From Candidatus Omnitrophota bacterium (GTDB taxonomy: Bacteria > Omnitrophota > Gorgyraeia > Gygaellales > Gygaellaceae), in assembly GCA_018400015.1 (NCBI GenBank), contig JAGYNB010000002.1:180555-244554 (forward strand): DNA of 64,000 nt, given 5' to 3'. Below are positions 10,508 through 20,440 of the stretch, piece by piece (the stretch's first letter is position 1; every line of letters starts with the position of its first letter). The notes beneath the pieces were generated by a model, which saw only the letters and a list, made by a program, of their open reading frames with translations, had not been told where the DNA came from and searched no databases. The translations under genes and the position numbers were made by a program.

Positions 10508-12183
10508 TATTCTTGGGAATTTTTTCTTTTATTGCTTTAGGGCTTTTTTATGTCCAGGTTATAAAGGGAAATTATTATTCGCGCTTAAGCTATAGCAATT
10601 ATATCCGTGTTTTTCCCGAGGAGGGTATTAGGGGAAGGATTTTTGATAAGGATAATCGTTTAATTGCCGATAACCAAGTGAGTTTCGATTGTTATGTCAA
10701 TCTCAGACAGGCAGACGAAAAAGTAATGTCATTTTTAAGTTTGCATTTGGGGATCTCAAGAGCCGAAATAAGAAAAAACATAAAGAGAAATCTTAAGACC
10801 AGAGACCTTCCTGTTTTGGTTTATAAGGGCTTGACGAAAGAAAAAGCTTTTCTCATAAAAGAACACGCCTTGAACAACTCGGCTGTAATAGTAAAGCTTA
10901 ATCATTCCCGTTTTTATCCTTACGCTGAATCTACTAGCCATGTTACAGGATATTTAAGCCAGATTAGTAAAAGTTTAATTACCAAATTGAAGGATTATGG
11001 TTATAGTACTCAAGATGTTATTGGCTATGGCGGAGTCGAGCAGGCAATCGATAAGTTTTTAAGGTCAGAATCTGGAGGTAGCCAGATTCAGGTAGATGCA
11101 CGCGGCAGACAAATTGCGCTATTGGGTTTTAAGGCAGCTAAAGACGGGCTTGATGTAAAATTGACTTTGGATATAAAAATGCAGGTGGCTGCATTTAATG
11201 CCTTAAAAAAATATAAAGGTTCGATCGTAATACTTGAACCTGATACGGGGAAGGTTTTGACAATGGTTAGCAGCCCAGGTTTTGATGCAAACATACTTAC
11301 TCAGGGCAAGGATATCCAAAAGATCAGCCAGATTTTAACAGATAAGAATGCACGACTATTGAATCGTGCAATCAGCGCTTCCTATCCTCCGGCATCTACC
11401 TTTAAGCTTGTTGTAGGAACTTGTGCTTTGGATAACAATAAAATAAGCCTTGAGGAGACGTTTAATTGCACAGGTAGTTTAAAAATAGGAAACAGAAATT
11501 TCAATTGTGCGGGTGTTCACGGAGTGCAAAATCTTGAAGATGCAATTGCAAATTCCTGCAATGTATTTTTTTACAATCTTGGTCTAAGAGTTGGAGCGAG
11601 GGCAATAATCGAAGCAGCGCATAGATTCAGGTTTGGCGAAAGAACTGGTATAGACCTACCTTATGAGGTGAGTGGCTTTTTGCCCAGTCTTTTATCGAAC
11701 AAATTGCTTTTTAAGAAATGGTACCCAGGAGATACAGCGAATATTTCAATTGGTCAAGGTGAATTGTTAGTTTCGCCTTTGCAAGCAGCGCGAATGGTTT
11801 CTATCTTTGCCAATAATGGGAAATTGGTCAAGCCTTATATAATTGAAGAGATTTTGGGTATGGATAAGACATCGCCCAATGTTACAAAATTGGATTTTGG
11901 AAATGCTGCTATTTTAACTGTAAGGTCGGCAATGCGTAGAGCCGTAACTGACCCAACAGGAACGGCAAGAGTTTTAAATATGAAAAATCTTTCCGTTGCT
12001 GGAAAGACCGGGACTGCTCAGGTGGGCAGCAAGCGGTCCCACGGATGGATTGTGGGTTTTGCGCCGTACGATAAACCGAAGATAGCATTTTGCGTATTTT
12101 TAGAAAATGTCGGTTCAAGCTATTGGGCAACTCAGGTGGCGCACCAGATGCTGGTATCATTTTTAAAAGAAGGCTTGTTATGA
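10483..12183 (+). CDS. mrdA: penicillin-binding protein 2 (peptidoglycan D,D-transpeptidase)
   Basis: N-terminal TM anchor, PBP dimerisation domain, transpeptidase motifs STFK (SxxK), SCN (SxN) and KTGTA. Confidence 0.85.
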   Translation: MRTRNVYLIFLGIFSFIALGLFYVQVIKGNYYSRLSYSNYIRVFPEEGIRGRIFDKDNRLIADNQVSFDCYVNLRQADEKVMSFLSLHLGISRAEIRKNIKRNLKTRDLPVLVYKGLTKEKAFLIKEHALNNSAVIVKLNHSRFYPYAESTSHVTGYLSQISKSLITKLKDYGYSTQDVIGYGGVEQAIDKFLRSESGGSQIQVDARGRQIALLGFKAAKDGLDVKLTLDIKMQVAAFNALKKYKGSIVILEPDTGKVLTMVSSPGFDANILTQGKDIQKISQILTDKNARLLNRAISASYPPASTFKLVVGTCALDNNKISLEETFNCTGSLKIGNRNFNCAGVHGVQNLEDAIANSCNVFFYNLGLRVGARAIIEAAHRFRFGERTGIDLPYEVSGFLPSLLSNKLLFKKWYPGDTANISIGQGELLVSPLQAARMVSIFANNGKLVKPYIIEEILGMDKTSPNVTKLDFGNAAILTVRSAMRRAVTDPTGTARVLNMKNLSVAGKTGTAQVGSKRSHGWIVGFAPYDKPKIAFCVFLENVGSSYWATQVAHQMLVSFLKEGLL

Positions 12184-13304
12184 AAAAGAGTTTGTCTATA
12201 GTGTTTATTCCGGTAATTATCTGTCTCATAGGGATATTTTCTATTTATACAAATACATATCTTAATAATGGTTTTGATTCAAGATCGTTATCATTGATAG
12301 AGAAAATCAGTAGTTTTTTTGGTACCTTAGTTGGCAAACAGGTTATTTGGCTTTTGGTGAGTTTGTCTGCGTACTGGTTGGTTAGTCTTATTTATTATCG
12401 TCGGCTATATGATGCTGCTTATTTTTTGTATGGTTTTTTGTTAATTTTGCTTATATTCGTGTTTGTTTTAGGTATTGTCAGGTTGGGTGCTCAAAGGTGG
12501 TTGAAGATGGGATTTTTGAATTTTCAGCCTTCTGAATTTGCCAAGCTTTGCATTGTTTTAGTTATGGCAAGATATTTTGATTATCGAAAGCTTGGCAATG
12601 TTCAGTTGTTTGAATTAGATTTTGTAAATGGTTTTATATTGCCTTTTATCATTGTGATAATACCATGTTTTTTAATTGCCAAACAGCCTGATTTGGGTTC
12701 GGCGATTATTGTGTTTTTGGTATTTATTTCGATAATTTATGCAAAAGATTTTCCCATGAAGTGGTTTTTATTATTTGCAGGTTTATTTTTGCTTGTTTTT
12801 CCTTTTGTCTGGAGTTTGCTTGAGGAATACCAAAGACAACGTTTGCTTGTGTTTGTAAATCCTAATATCGATCCTTTAGGTGCCGGATATACCGTTATTC
12901 AATCTAAGATTGCCGTTGGTTCAGGAGGTTTATTCGGTAAGGGTTGGCTTTCAGGCACACAGAGCCAGTTACATTTTTTGCCTGAAGCCCATACGGATTT
13001 CATATTCGCAACCTGGGCAGAGGAAAGAGGTTTTTTCGGATCGACGATTTTAATTTTATTTTACGCATTGTTAATTAAAAGCATTGTTGATGTAGCTGTA
13101 AGGTCAAGAGACAGTTTTGCAAAGTTAATTTGTATAGGAATTGCCAGTATGTTTGGTTTCCAGATTGGTATTAATATTCTTATGACTATTGGGTTGTCTC
13201 CGGTTGTTGGCCTGCCTTTACCGTTTATGAGCTACGGCGGATCATCTCTTTTGATAAGTTTTATTTCTTTGGGTATTGTTTCTAATATTAAAAGTAACCT
13301 TTAA
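12180..13304 (+). CDS. rodA: peptidoglycan glycosyltransferase RodA (SEDS family)
   Basis: FtsW/RodA/SpoVE polytopic profile with QPSEFAKL and HTDFIFA motifs; ATG at 12180 overlaps the mrdA stop (ATGA); the track's 12090 start is an in-frame upstream extension. Confidence 0.85.
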   Translation: MKKSLSIVFIPVIICLIGIFSIYTNTYLNNGFDSRSLSLIEKISSFFGTLVGKQVIWLLVSLSAYWLVSLIYYRRLYDAAYFLYGFLLILLIFVFVLGIVRLGAQRWLKMGFLNFQPSEFAKLCIVLVMARYFDYRKLGNVQLFELDFVNGFILPFIIVIIPCFLIAKQPDLGSAIIVFLVFISIIYAKDFPMKWFLLFAGLFLLVFPFVWSLLEEYQRQRLLVFVNPNIDPLGAGYTVIQSKIAVGSGGLFGKGWLSGTQSQLHFLPEAHTDFIFATWAEERGFFGSTILILFYALLIKSIVDVAVRSRDSFAKLICIGIASMFGFQIGINILMTIGLSPVVGLPLPFMSYGGSSLLISFISLGIVSNIKSNL

Positions 13305-15035
13305 ATGAATTTAGATATCGTCAGAAAACCGGCAAGATATATCGGCAAGGAATGGAATCTGGCCTGTAAAAATGTGGCAAACTCTAAAGTTAAGATAGCG
13401 CTTTGTTATCCGGATATGTATGAATTGGGTATGAGCAATCTGGGTTTTAGAATTCTTTACGGGTTGCTGAATAAGCAAAGGGCTGTTTTTTGCGATAGGG
13501 TTTTTGCTCCTGCAGATGATTATTTGAATTATTTGAAAGAGCATGACATTAAATTATCCGGTCTTGATTCAAGAATACCCTTAAGTAAATTTGATATAAT
13601 TGGTTTTTCTCTGGGATATGAACTTACCTTTACTAATGTTTTAAGTATTCTTTCCTTTGCAGGATTGCCGTTAAGAAGCCGCGAAAGAATCGATAAACAT
13701 CCTTTAGTTATTGCCGGAGGGCCGTGTGTTGTAAATCCTGAACCGATGAGCGAATTTATCGACGCTTTTGTTATTGGTGAATCTGAAGAGGCGATTATTG
13801 AATTAATTAATTGTTTTAAGAAAACTTCTCCTAGAAATGAATTGTTAAAAAAATTGTCTAGAATAGAAGGGGTTTACGTGCCCTCGCTTTATGATGTCAA
13901 TTATAAAGAAGATTTTTCTATTAATGAGATTATTCCTAATGAAAAAGGCGTTCCTTCAAGCATAAATAAACGCATCGTAAAAGAATTTGATAGGAGTTTT
14001 TTTCCGGTTGATTGGCTAGTGCCTTTTATCCAGGTTGTGCACGATAGGATTTCATTGGAAATCATGCGTGGTTGTCCTAATAGTTGCCGTTTTTGTCAAG
14101 CAAGGAATATTTACTATCCCTACAGAATAAGAAAACTAAATACAATATTAAAGTATGCTAAGCAGACACTTAAACGCACAGGCTATGAAGAGCTTGGATT
14201 ATGTGGGTTATCCGTAAGTGATCATTATCAGATACGCGCAATGATAAAAAAGTTAACCTCTTTATTAAAAGGAAGAGGGATTTCACTTTCATTATCCAGT
14301 ATGCGCGCAGATATTCTTCTTGAAGGTGCATTTGGAGATATTTCCAGTATAAAGAAAACTGGTCTTACCTTTGCTTTGGAAGCCGGTAGTAGCAGGTTAC
14401 AGAAAAAAATAAATAAAAATATCGATATGGATAAGTTCTTCTTCCTGGCCAGCCAAAGTCTTGAAAAAGGGTGGCGCAAGATAAAATTGTATTTTATGGT
14501 TGGTTTTCCTGACGAGACAGAAGATGATTTAGCAGAGATAATTTTGATCGTAGATAAGTTACTTAAACTGAGATCTTCATCAGGAAACAAATTTCTTAAA
14601 ATTAATTTAAGCGTTAATCCTTTTATTCCTAAGCCGCATACGCCGTTTCAGTGGGTCAATATGGAGAGTATAGAAAATTTAAAAAGGAAAAAATATTATC
14701 TGTTAGATAGATTAAATAGTTTCCCAGGGAACAGGATTAATTTTAGTTTTCATAATATTGAATCAAGTTTTTTGGAAGCGGTTCTTTCGCGTGGCGATAG
14801 AAGACTTTCTGAAGTTATATCCATAGCCTGGAATAAAGGAGCAAAGTTTGACGCCTGGAGCGAGTTTTTTGATTTTAAAATCTGGCAGCAGGCTTTTAAA
14901 GAGGCCAATCTTGACCCAAACTTTTTTGTCAACCGCAATATAGCATTAAGTGAAAAACTCCCCTGGGACCATATCAAAATATCACCTGAAAAGGCCTATT
15001 TGTTTAAAGAGTTCGAACAGAGCCAGAAATACTGA
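13305..15035 (+). CDS. B12-binding-domain radical SAM protein (uncharacterised rSAM family)
   Basis: N-terminal B12-binding-like domain and radical SAM core with CPNSCRFCQA (CxxxCxxC); 576 aa. Confidence 0.75.
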   Translation: MNLDIVRKPARYIGKEWNLACKNVANSKVKIALCYPDMYELGMSNLGFRILYGLLNKQRAVFCDRVFAPADDYLNYLKEHDIKLSGLDSRIPLSKFDIIGFSLGYELTFTNVLSILSFAGLPLRSRERIDKHPLVIAGGPCVVNPEPMSEFIDAFVIGESEEAIIELINCFKKTSPRNELLKKLSRIEGVYVPSLYDVNYKEDFSINEIIPNEKGVPSSINKRIVKEFDRSFFPVDWLVPFIQVVHDRISLEIMRGCPNSCRFCQARNIYYPYRIRKLNTILKYAKQTLKRTGYEELGLCGLSVSDHYQIRAMIKKLTSLLKGRGISLSLSSMRADILLEGAFGDISSIKKTGLTFALEAGSSRLQKKINKNIDMDKFFFLASQSLEKGWRKIKLYFMVGFPDETEDDLAEIILIVDKLLKLRSSSGNKFLKINLSVNPFIPKPHTPFQWVNMESIENLKRKKYYLLDRLNSFPGNRINFSFHNIESSFLEAVLSRGDRRLSEVISIAWNKGAKFDAWSEFFDFKIWQQAFKEANLDPNFFVNRNIALSEKLPWDHIKISPEKAYLFKEFEQSQKY

Positions 15036-15063
15036 AAACCATCTCAAAAAACGCTAAAACCTG

Positions 15064-15092
15064 TTGACAAATAATAGATTATGAAATATAGT
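15064..15092 (+). promoter_or_regulatory. sigma70-type promoter heading the pilus/c-di-GMP locus (TTGACA-17-TATAGT)
   Basis: TTGACA 15064-15069, 17-nt spacer, TATAGT 15087-15092 (alternative TATAAT at 15093-15098); AAGGAGG RBS at 15114-15120; ATG at 15129. Confidence 0.6.
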
Positions 15093-15128
15093 ATAATTAT
15101 ATAATCATAATTTTAAGGAGGCATTTAT

Positions 15129-16529
15129 ATGATTAAGCTATTTAAGAAAACGTCTATTTCTTCCAGGGGATTGCGTAGCAAGTTAGCCGTTGCTTTTGCG
15201 TTAACCTCGACCATTCCAATTCTTATAAGCGTTTATCTGATTTCACAAATTACCGATGTTTCCACTTTGGATTTACGTATCGGTTCATTTTTGATTTTGA
15301 GCCTTCTTATTGCTGTTTTTGGTTATTTTGTCTTAAACAACATAATCAATTCCATTATAAAAACTAGCAAAAAAGCTAATGCTTATATACAAGGCCAGAC
15401 TTTTGGTGGAATAAAGATTTCAACCGATGATGAGATTTCCGATTTGAATAAGGCTATTGATAAACTTAATGACCGTATAAGGGAAAATATGGAAAAGTTA
15501 AGTTTTTATGATAAGCAAACTAAGCTAGTCGGTATGGATTTGAATAAGAAAGTAATCGCTCTTTCAAGTCTATTGCAAATCGGTAGTTTTATTTCTTCGA
15601 GCAATAAAATTGATGATATTTTTTCTTTGGTTGTAGGAAAACTTTCGAATATTGAGCCAAGTTTTGAAGTATTCTTGTTTTTGGAGAATAAAAATAATGA
15701 GTTTTCTCTCGATTTTGCTTCGAATCAGGAAAAGATTAAATCTAATGTATTTACTTTATCCAGCGATTCAAAAAGAATTGTTCAGGCAATAACCAGCAAC
15801 GAACCTTTAAGATTGGATATTTCTCATTCTGAGTCTAAGACTTTAGAGCGTTTAGGAGAAATATTCAACATCAGTAGTATAGTTATTTTTCCTATTTTTG
15901 CTTGCGAACAGACAAAAGGGCTCCTAATTGTCGCTAGCACAAAAAACGATTATGCTTTTGAGGCAGGCGATATTGAACTTATAAGGTTATTTGCCCGTCA
16001 GCTTGCAATAGCTTTGGAGAAGAACCAGCTTTTTAACAAAGCGAAGAAATTGGAGACAAAAGATGAATTAACTGGTTTATACAACGAAAGTTTTATTCGA
16101 GATCGTCTAAATGAAGAGATAAAACGCGCTTTTGTTTCCCAGAGGCCGTGTTCTTTTGTTCTTTTCGGAGTGGATAAATTCCAGAATTACCTGCAGCGAA
16201 AAGGTCAGGACGGGGCGGAAGTTTCTTTAAAACATATTGCTTCTTTATTGAAAGAGTCTTCTCGGGAAATTGACAAGCCTGGTCGTTTTGGGTATTCTGA
16301 CTTTGCATTGTTATTGCCGGAAATGAATAAAAAGGAAGCGATTAATCTTGCGGAAGAGATCAGGAACAAGGTTGCTTTTGTTTTTAAAGAAGAAGACGCT
16401 GGTCTTCGTCTGACAATTTCAGCTGCTGTCAGTGAAAATCCGATTGATGGGATAAAAGCCGAAGAATTGATTTCCCATGCAAGAAATCTTTTATCGAATA
16501 AAGATTCAGACAATAAGGTTTTTCGCTAA
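15129..16529 (+). CDS. membrane-anchored GAF-like + degenerate GGDEF domain protein (PelD-like c-di-GMP receptor candidate)
   Basis: Two N-terminal TM helices and a HAMP-like linker; GGDEF-domain start LTGLYNESF; signature degenerated to GYSDF; RxxD I-site retained (REIDKPGRFGYSDF). Confidence 0.6.
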   Translation: MIKLFKKTSISSRGLRSKLAVAFALTSTIPILISVYLISQITDVSTLDLRIGSFLILSLLIAVFGYFVLNNIINSIIKTSKKANAYIQGQTFGGIKISTDDEISDLNKAIDKLNDRIRENMEKLSFYDKQTKLVGMDLNKKVIALSSLLQIGSFISSSNKIDDIFSLVVGKLSNIEPSFEVFLFLENKNNEFSLDFASNQEKIKSNVFTLSSDSKRIVQAITSNEPLRLDISHSESKTLERLGEIFNISSIVIFPIFACEQTKGLLIVASTKNDYAFEAGDIELIRLFARQLAIALEKNQLFNKAKKLETKDELTGLYNESFIRDRLNEEIKRAFVSQRPCSFVLFGVDKFQNYLQRKGQDGAEVSLKHIASLLKESSREIDKPGRFGYSDFALLLPEMNKKEAINLAEEIRNKVAFVFKEEDAGLRLTISAAVSENPIDGIKAEELISHARNLLSNKDSDNKVFR

Positions 16530-16531
16530 TA

Positions 16532-16981
16532 ATGTTTTCTCCTTTTAGGAAGGTTGTAAATAAACAATTAGGTGAATTGCTGGTTGAGCATAAAATTATC
16601 AGTGAGGCGCAATTAAAAAAAGCCCTTGTGTTGCAAAGCCAGCGTAGCGGCGCTTTAATCGGAGAATTGATAGTAGAGCTTGGTTATGCAAAGGAAGAGG
16701 ATATTGCCAATACTCTGGCAGCCCAGTACGGTTTTCCTTATTTGCCTTTGGATAATTATTCGGTCGACGATAGTATTATAAAATTGATACCGAAGAACGT
16801 TGCGAGTCAGTACTGTTTATTGGCAATAGATAAGCTTGCCAATTCAATTGTCGTAGCCACAAGCAATCCTTTGAACACCCAGGCAATCGAAGACGTTGAA
16901 TATATTACTAATTGTGATGTTCGTGTTTTTATCTCTACGGCAACGAGCATTAGAAAGAAAATCAAAGAGTACTACCAATAG
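16532..16981 (+). CDS. stand-alone MshEN / T2SS-E N-terminal domain protein (putative c-di-GMP binding)
   Basis: 149 aa; tandem MshEN-type motifs KQLGELLVEHKIISEAQLKKALVLQ and ALIGELIVELGYAKEEDIANTLAAQ followed by the GspE_N fold (YGFPYLPL). Confidence 0.7.
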   Translation: MFSPFRKVVNKQLGELLVEHKIISEAQLKKALVLQSQRSGALIGELIVELGYAKEEDIANTLAAQYGFPYLPLDNYSVDDSIIKLIPKNVASQYCLLAIDKLANSIVVATSNPLNTQAIEDVEYITNCDVRVFISTATSIRKKIKEYYQ

Positions 16982-16984
16982 TAA

Positions 16985-18715
16985 ATGGCAACATTAAAAG
17001 AAAACTTAACCAATATTCTTATCGATAATAACCTTATTACGCGTGAGAATTTGGAAAAGGCTATTACTACACAAAAAAAACAAGGTGGTAGTCTTAGTCA
17101 GATACTTATAGATTCTGGTTTCGTAAAAGAAAAAGATTTGGTTATTGCCTTAAGCCAAGGTTTAGGAATCCCACCGATAAATTTAAATAAGATAAAAATA
17201 GATAAACAAGTTGTAAAACTTATTTCTCAAGAAGTAGCGCAGCGTTATCTTATTTTGCCTATTTCTCAAGTCGGCGCGACTTTAACCGTTGCCATGGCAG
17301 ATCCTTTGAATGTTTTTACTTTGGACGATTTGAAAACCCTTACGAGTATGAAGATCAATCCTGTTATAACTACTGCTAATGATATTAAGGATGCGATTAA
17401 GAATTATTATGTAGACGATCAAAAGCAGGAAGATGCAAAAATCGACGATATCATCAAGGATATTTCTACTGCGGATATAGAGCTGGTTAAAGAGTCCGAG
17501 GATAAGGAAGAGAACATAAGTTTTATGCATATGGTCGATGATGCACCTATTGTAAAAATCACCAATAGGTTCCTTAGCGATGCAGTTAAGCTCAATGCAA
17601 GCGATGTTTTGTTCGAACCGTTTGAAAAGACAACGCGTGTAAGATGTCGCGTTGACGGCGCATTAAGAGAAATAGAAACTCTTCCCAAATATATGCATGA
17701 AGCAATAGTGTCTCGTACTAAAGTTATTTCTGGGCTTGATATCTCAGAACATAGGCTTCCTCAGGACGGGCGTTTTAAGATAAAATTCCAGTCTCGAGAG
17801 GTTGATTTTAGAATTTCTATTCTGCCGTCGGTTTTCGGAGAAAAAGTTGCTTTGCGTGTTTTGGATAAAACAACCGCAATGCTTGATATTGAGAAACTTA
17901 ATTTTTCAGAGCATAATCTTAATATCCTCAAACACTGTTCTTCTTTTCCGCACGGTATGATGCTTGTTTGCGGTCCTACTGGTTCAGGTAAGACCACTAC
18001 ACTTTATTCCATTCTTAAATATGTGGATAGCCCTGAAAAAAATATTGTTACCGTAGAAGACCCTGTTGAATATCAGCTTCATGGAGTAAATCAAGTGACT
18101 TGTCGGCCTGATATCGGCCTGACATTTGCTGCAGCACTGCGTTCCATATTAAGGCAAGACCCCGATATAATAATGGTTGGTGAAATTAGGGATTTTGAGA
18201 CTTTGGATATTTCCATAAAATCAGCTCTTACCGGACACATGGTTTTAAGTACGCTTCATACGACGACAGCTCCCGGTTCAATTATCAGAATGTTGAATAT
18301 GGGCGCGGAACCTTTTTTGGTTACGTCCTGTGTAGTTGGTGTTATTGCTCAAAGGTTAGTGCGCAAGTTGTGTCCAAAATGTAAAGAAGCATATAAACCT
18401 TCTAAGGCAGTCTTAGATACTTTAAGTGTTGCCGGGGATATTAAAGAAAGCGTTACTTTTTATCGGGCAAAAGGTTGTCCGGAATGTTTTAATATAGGTT
18501 TTCGCGGAAGGCTGGCAATATGCGAAGTGCTTGTTTTGACACACGAAGTTAAAAATTTGATTTTAAAACGGGCGCAGGAGCATCAGATTAAGAAGATGGC
18601 TCGTTCGCAGAGCATGCGAACTTTAAGAGAAGACGGTATTGATAAAATAATTGCTGGTTTAACCACACCGGAAGAGGTATTAAAGGTTACCGCTTCTGAC
18701 GTAAAGGCAGAATAG
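16985..18715 (+). CDS. pilB: type IV pilus assembly ATPase PilB/GspE family (paralog 1)
   Basis: GspE_N domains, Walker A GPTGSGKTT, Asp box, Walker B, His box, tetracysteine CPKC...CPEC zinc site; 576 aa. Confidence 0.85.
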   Translation: MATLKENLTNILIDNNLITRENLEKAITTQKKQGGSLSQILIDSGFVKEKDLVIALSQGLGIPPINLNKIKIDKQVVKLISQEVAQRYLILPISQVGATLTVAMADPLNVFTLDDLKTLTSMKINPVITTANDIKDAIKNYYVDDQKQEDAKIDDIIKDISTADIELVKESEDKEENISFMHMVDDAPIVKITNRFLSDAVKLNASDVLFEPFEKTTRVRCRVDGALREIETLPKYMHEAIVSRTKVISGLDISEHRLPQDGRFKIKFQSREVDFRISILPSVFGEKVALRVLDKTTAMLDIEKLNFSEHNLNILKHCSSFPHGMMLVCGPTGSGKTTTLYSILKYVDSPEKNIVTVEDPVEYQLHGVNQVTCRPDIGLTFAAALRSILRQDPDIIMVGEIRDFETLDISIKSALTGHMVLSTLHTTTAPGSIIRMLNMGAEPFLVTSCVVGVIAQRLVRKLCPKCKEAYKPSKAVLDTLSVAGDIKESVTFYRAKGCPECFNIGFRGRLAICEVLVLTHEVKNLILKRAQEHQIKKMARSQSMRTLREDGIDKIIAGLTTPEEVLKVTASDVKAE

Positions 18716-18717
18716 TT

Positions 18718-20439
18718 ATGGTTAAGTCTTTAAGGGACAAGATTCTTGATTATTTATTGGAAGAAAAGAGGATTAGCAAAAGCGATATCGAACGGTTTTC
18801 TAAACTTCAGGAAAAGAGTAATCTTAAGATGGAAACTATTCTTATCGATAATGGTATTATTTCTGCCCAGGAGTATTTATCCATGCTGGCAAGGGAAACC
18901 AATACACCTGTAGTTTGTCTTGAGAGGATTGAGTGTGATCCGGAGATTTTAAATATTATACCGGAAAGAATATGCCAACAGTATAGTATTTTTCCTGTTG
19001 CCAAACTGGGGAATTTACTTACTTTGGCTATGTCTGACCCGATGAATATTTTTGCCATGGACGATATTAAGTCTTTAACATCTTTTGAAATTAATACGGT
19101 TTTAGCCAGCGAAGAAGATATTAAGAAAAACATACAGTTTTGGTATGAGGAATCAAAGAATAAAGATATATCCGAGTTGATTGGAGAGGTCAGCGAAGAA
19201 GAGATCAACGTTGTTGGTGAAATTAAGAAAAGGGAAATTGAAGGACAGTTTGATCTTGACAGGGCAATGTTTGAAGCTGAAGAATCTCCTGTTATCAAGC
19301 TGGTTAACCTTATGCTTAGTGAATCTTACCAGAAAAGGGCTTCGGATATTCATATTGAACCAGAAGAAGATTTTTTAAGGGTGCGCTATAGAATTGACGG
19401 TATGCTGCATGACGCTTACCAGATTCCCAAAGAAAAGCAGAATGCTGTAATCACGCGTATAAAGATAATGTCCAATCTGGATATTACTGAGTTTAGAATT
19501 CCTCAGGATGGCCGTTTTAAGATCCGTTTAGGGCAAAACGAAGTTGATTTCCGTGTATCAATTTTACCGATTAGTTTTGGGGAAAAGGTAGTTATGCGTT
19601 TGTTGGATAAACGTAATCTTTCTATTGGTCTGGAGAAATTAGGATTTTTAGCTGAGCCAATGCAGAAATTCAAAGATTGTATTAGTAAGCCATACGGAAT
19701 GATTCTTGTAACAGGGCCTACAGGGTCGGGAAAATCAACTACGCTTTATTCAATTATTAACCAGCTTAACACGTCCGCAACTCATATAATTACCGTAGAA
19801 GACCCTGTTGAGTATCAGATTGAAGGTATAGCGCAGATTCCGGTTAAGGCGGATATCGGTCTTACGTTCTCTGCTGGGCTTCGGGCGCTTTTGCGTCAAA
19901 GCCCTGATATTATCTTAATCGGTGAGATCAGGGATTCCGAAACTGCCGATATTGCCGTTAAGGCATCTCTCACCGGGCAGATGGTTTTATCGACGCTTCA
20001 TACCAACGATGCTGCAGGAGCAATAACCAGACTTATCGATATGGGCGTTGAACCGTTTTTGGTTTCTTCGAGTTTAATCATGACTTGTGCTCAGCGATTA
20101 AGTAGAAAAATATGTTCAAACTGTAAAGAAGAATATACGCCCGATCCAACGGTAGTAAAAAATCTTGGAATAAAATTGGAAAAAGACTCTGTTTTTTATC
20201 ACGGAAGAGGATGTTCTCATTGCAATAATACGGGTTATCGTGGTAGAATAGGGACAATAGAGGTTTTGGTAATTGATGATAAGATCAGAGAGATGATAAT
20301 CAAAAGAGTCTCATCTGATGAAGTCAGAGAATATGCCGTAACTCAAGGCATGGAGACATTAAGGGATAATGGCCTGCGTCAGGCAGCAATTGGTCTTACG
20401 ACCTTAGAAGAGGTTTTAAGAATCACTTCAGAGGAATAG
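18718..20439 (+). CDS. type IV pilus assembly ATPase PilB/GspE family (paralog 2)
   Basis: Same architecture as paralog 1: Walker A GPTGSGKSTT and CSNC...CSHC zinc site; 573 aa; has an N-terminal domain, so not PilT-like. Confidence 0.85.
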   Translation: MVKSLRDKILDYLLEEKRISKSDIERFSKLQEKSNLKMETILIDNGIISAQEYLSMLARETNTPVVCLERIECDPEILNIIPERICQQYSIFPVAKLGNLLTLAMSDPMNIFAMDDIKSLTSFEINTVLASEEDIKKNIQFWYEESKNKDISELIGEVSEEEINVVGEIKKREIEGQFDLDRAMFEAEESPVIKLVNLMLSESYQKRASDIHIEPEEDFLRVRYRIDGMLHDAYQIPKEKQNAVITRIKIMSNLDITEFRIPQDGRFKIRLGQNEVDFRVSILPISFGEKVVMRLLDKRNLSIGLEKLGFLAEPMQKFKDCISKPYGMILVTGPTGSGKSTTLYSIINQLNTSATHIITVEDPVEYQIEGIAQIPVKADIGLTFSAGLRALLRQSPDIILIGEIRDSETADIAVKASLTGQMVLSTLHTNDAAGAITRLIDMGVEPFLVSSSLIMTCAQRLSRKICSNCKEEYTPDPTVVKNLGIKLEKDSVFYHGRGCSHCNNTGYRGRIGTIEVLVIDDKIREMIIKRVSSDEVREYAVTQGMETLRDNGLRQAAIGLTTLEEVLRITSEE

Positions 20440-20440
20440 A

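Noticed and set aside
12090-12179. Upstream extension of rodA overlapping mrdA (track start 12090)
   Set aside because: The ATG at 12180 gives the typical MKKSLSIVFIPVIICL signal-anchor N-terminus and an ATGA coupling with the mrdA stop. The extension is hydrophilic junk inside the mrdA coding frame.
19153-19378. Small + and - strand ORFs inside pilB2 (19181-19378 +, 19153-19353 -)
   Set aside because: They are out-of-frame overlaps within the conserved PilB ATPase coding region and have low-complexity translations.
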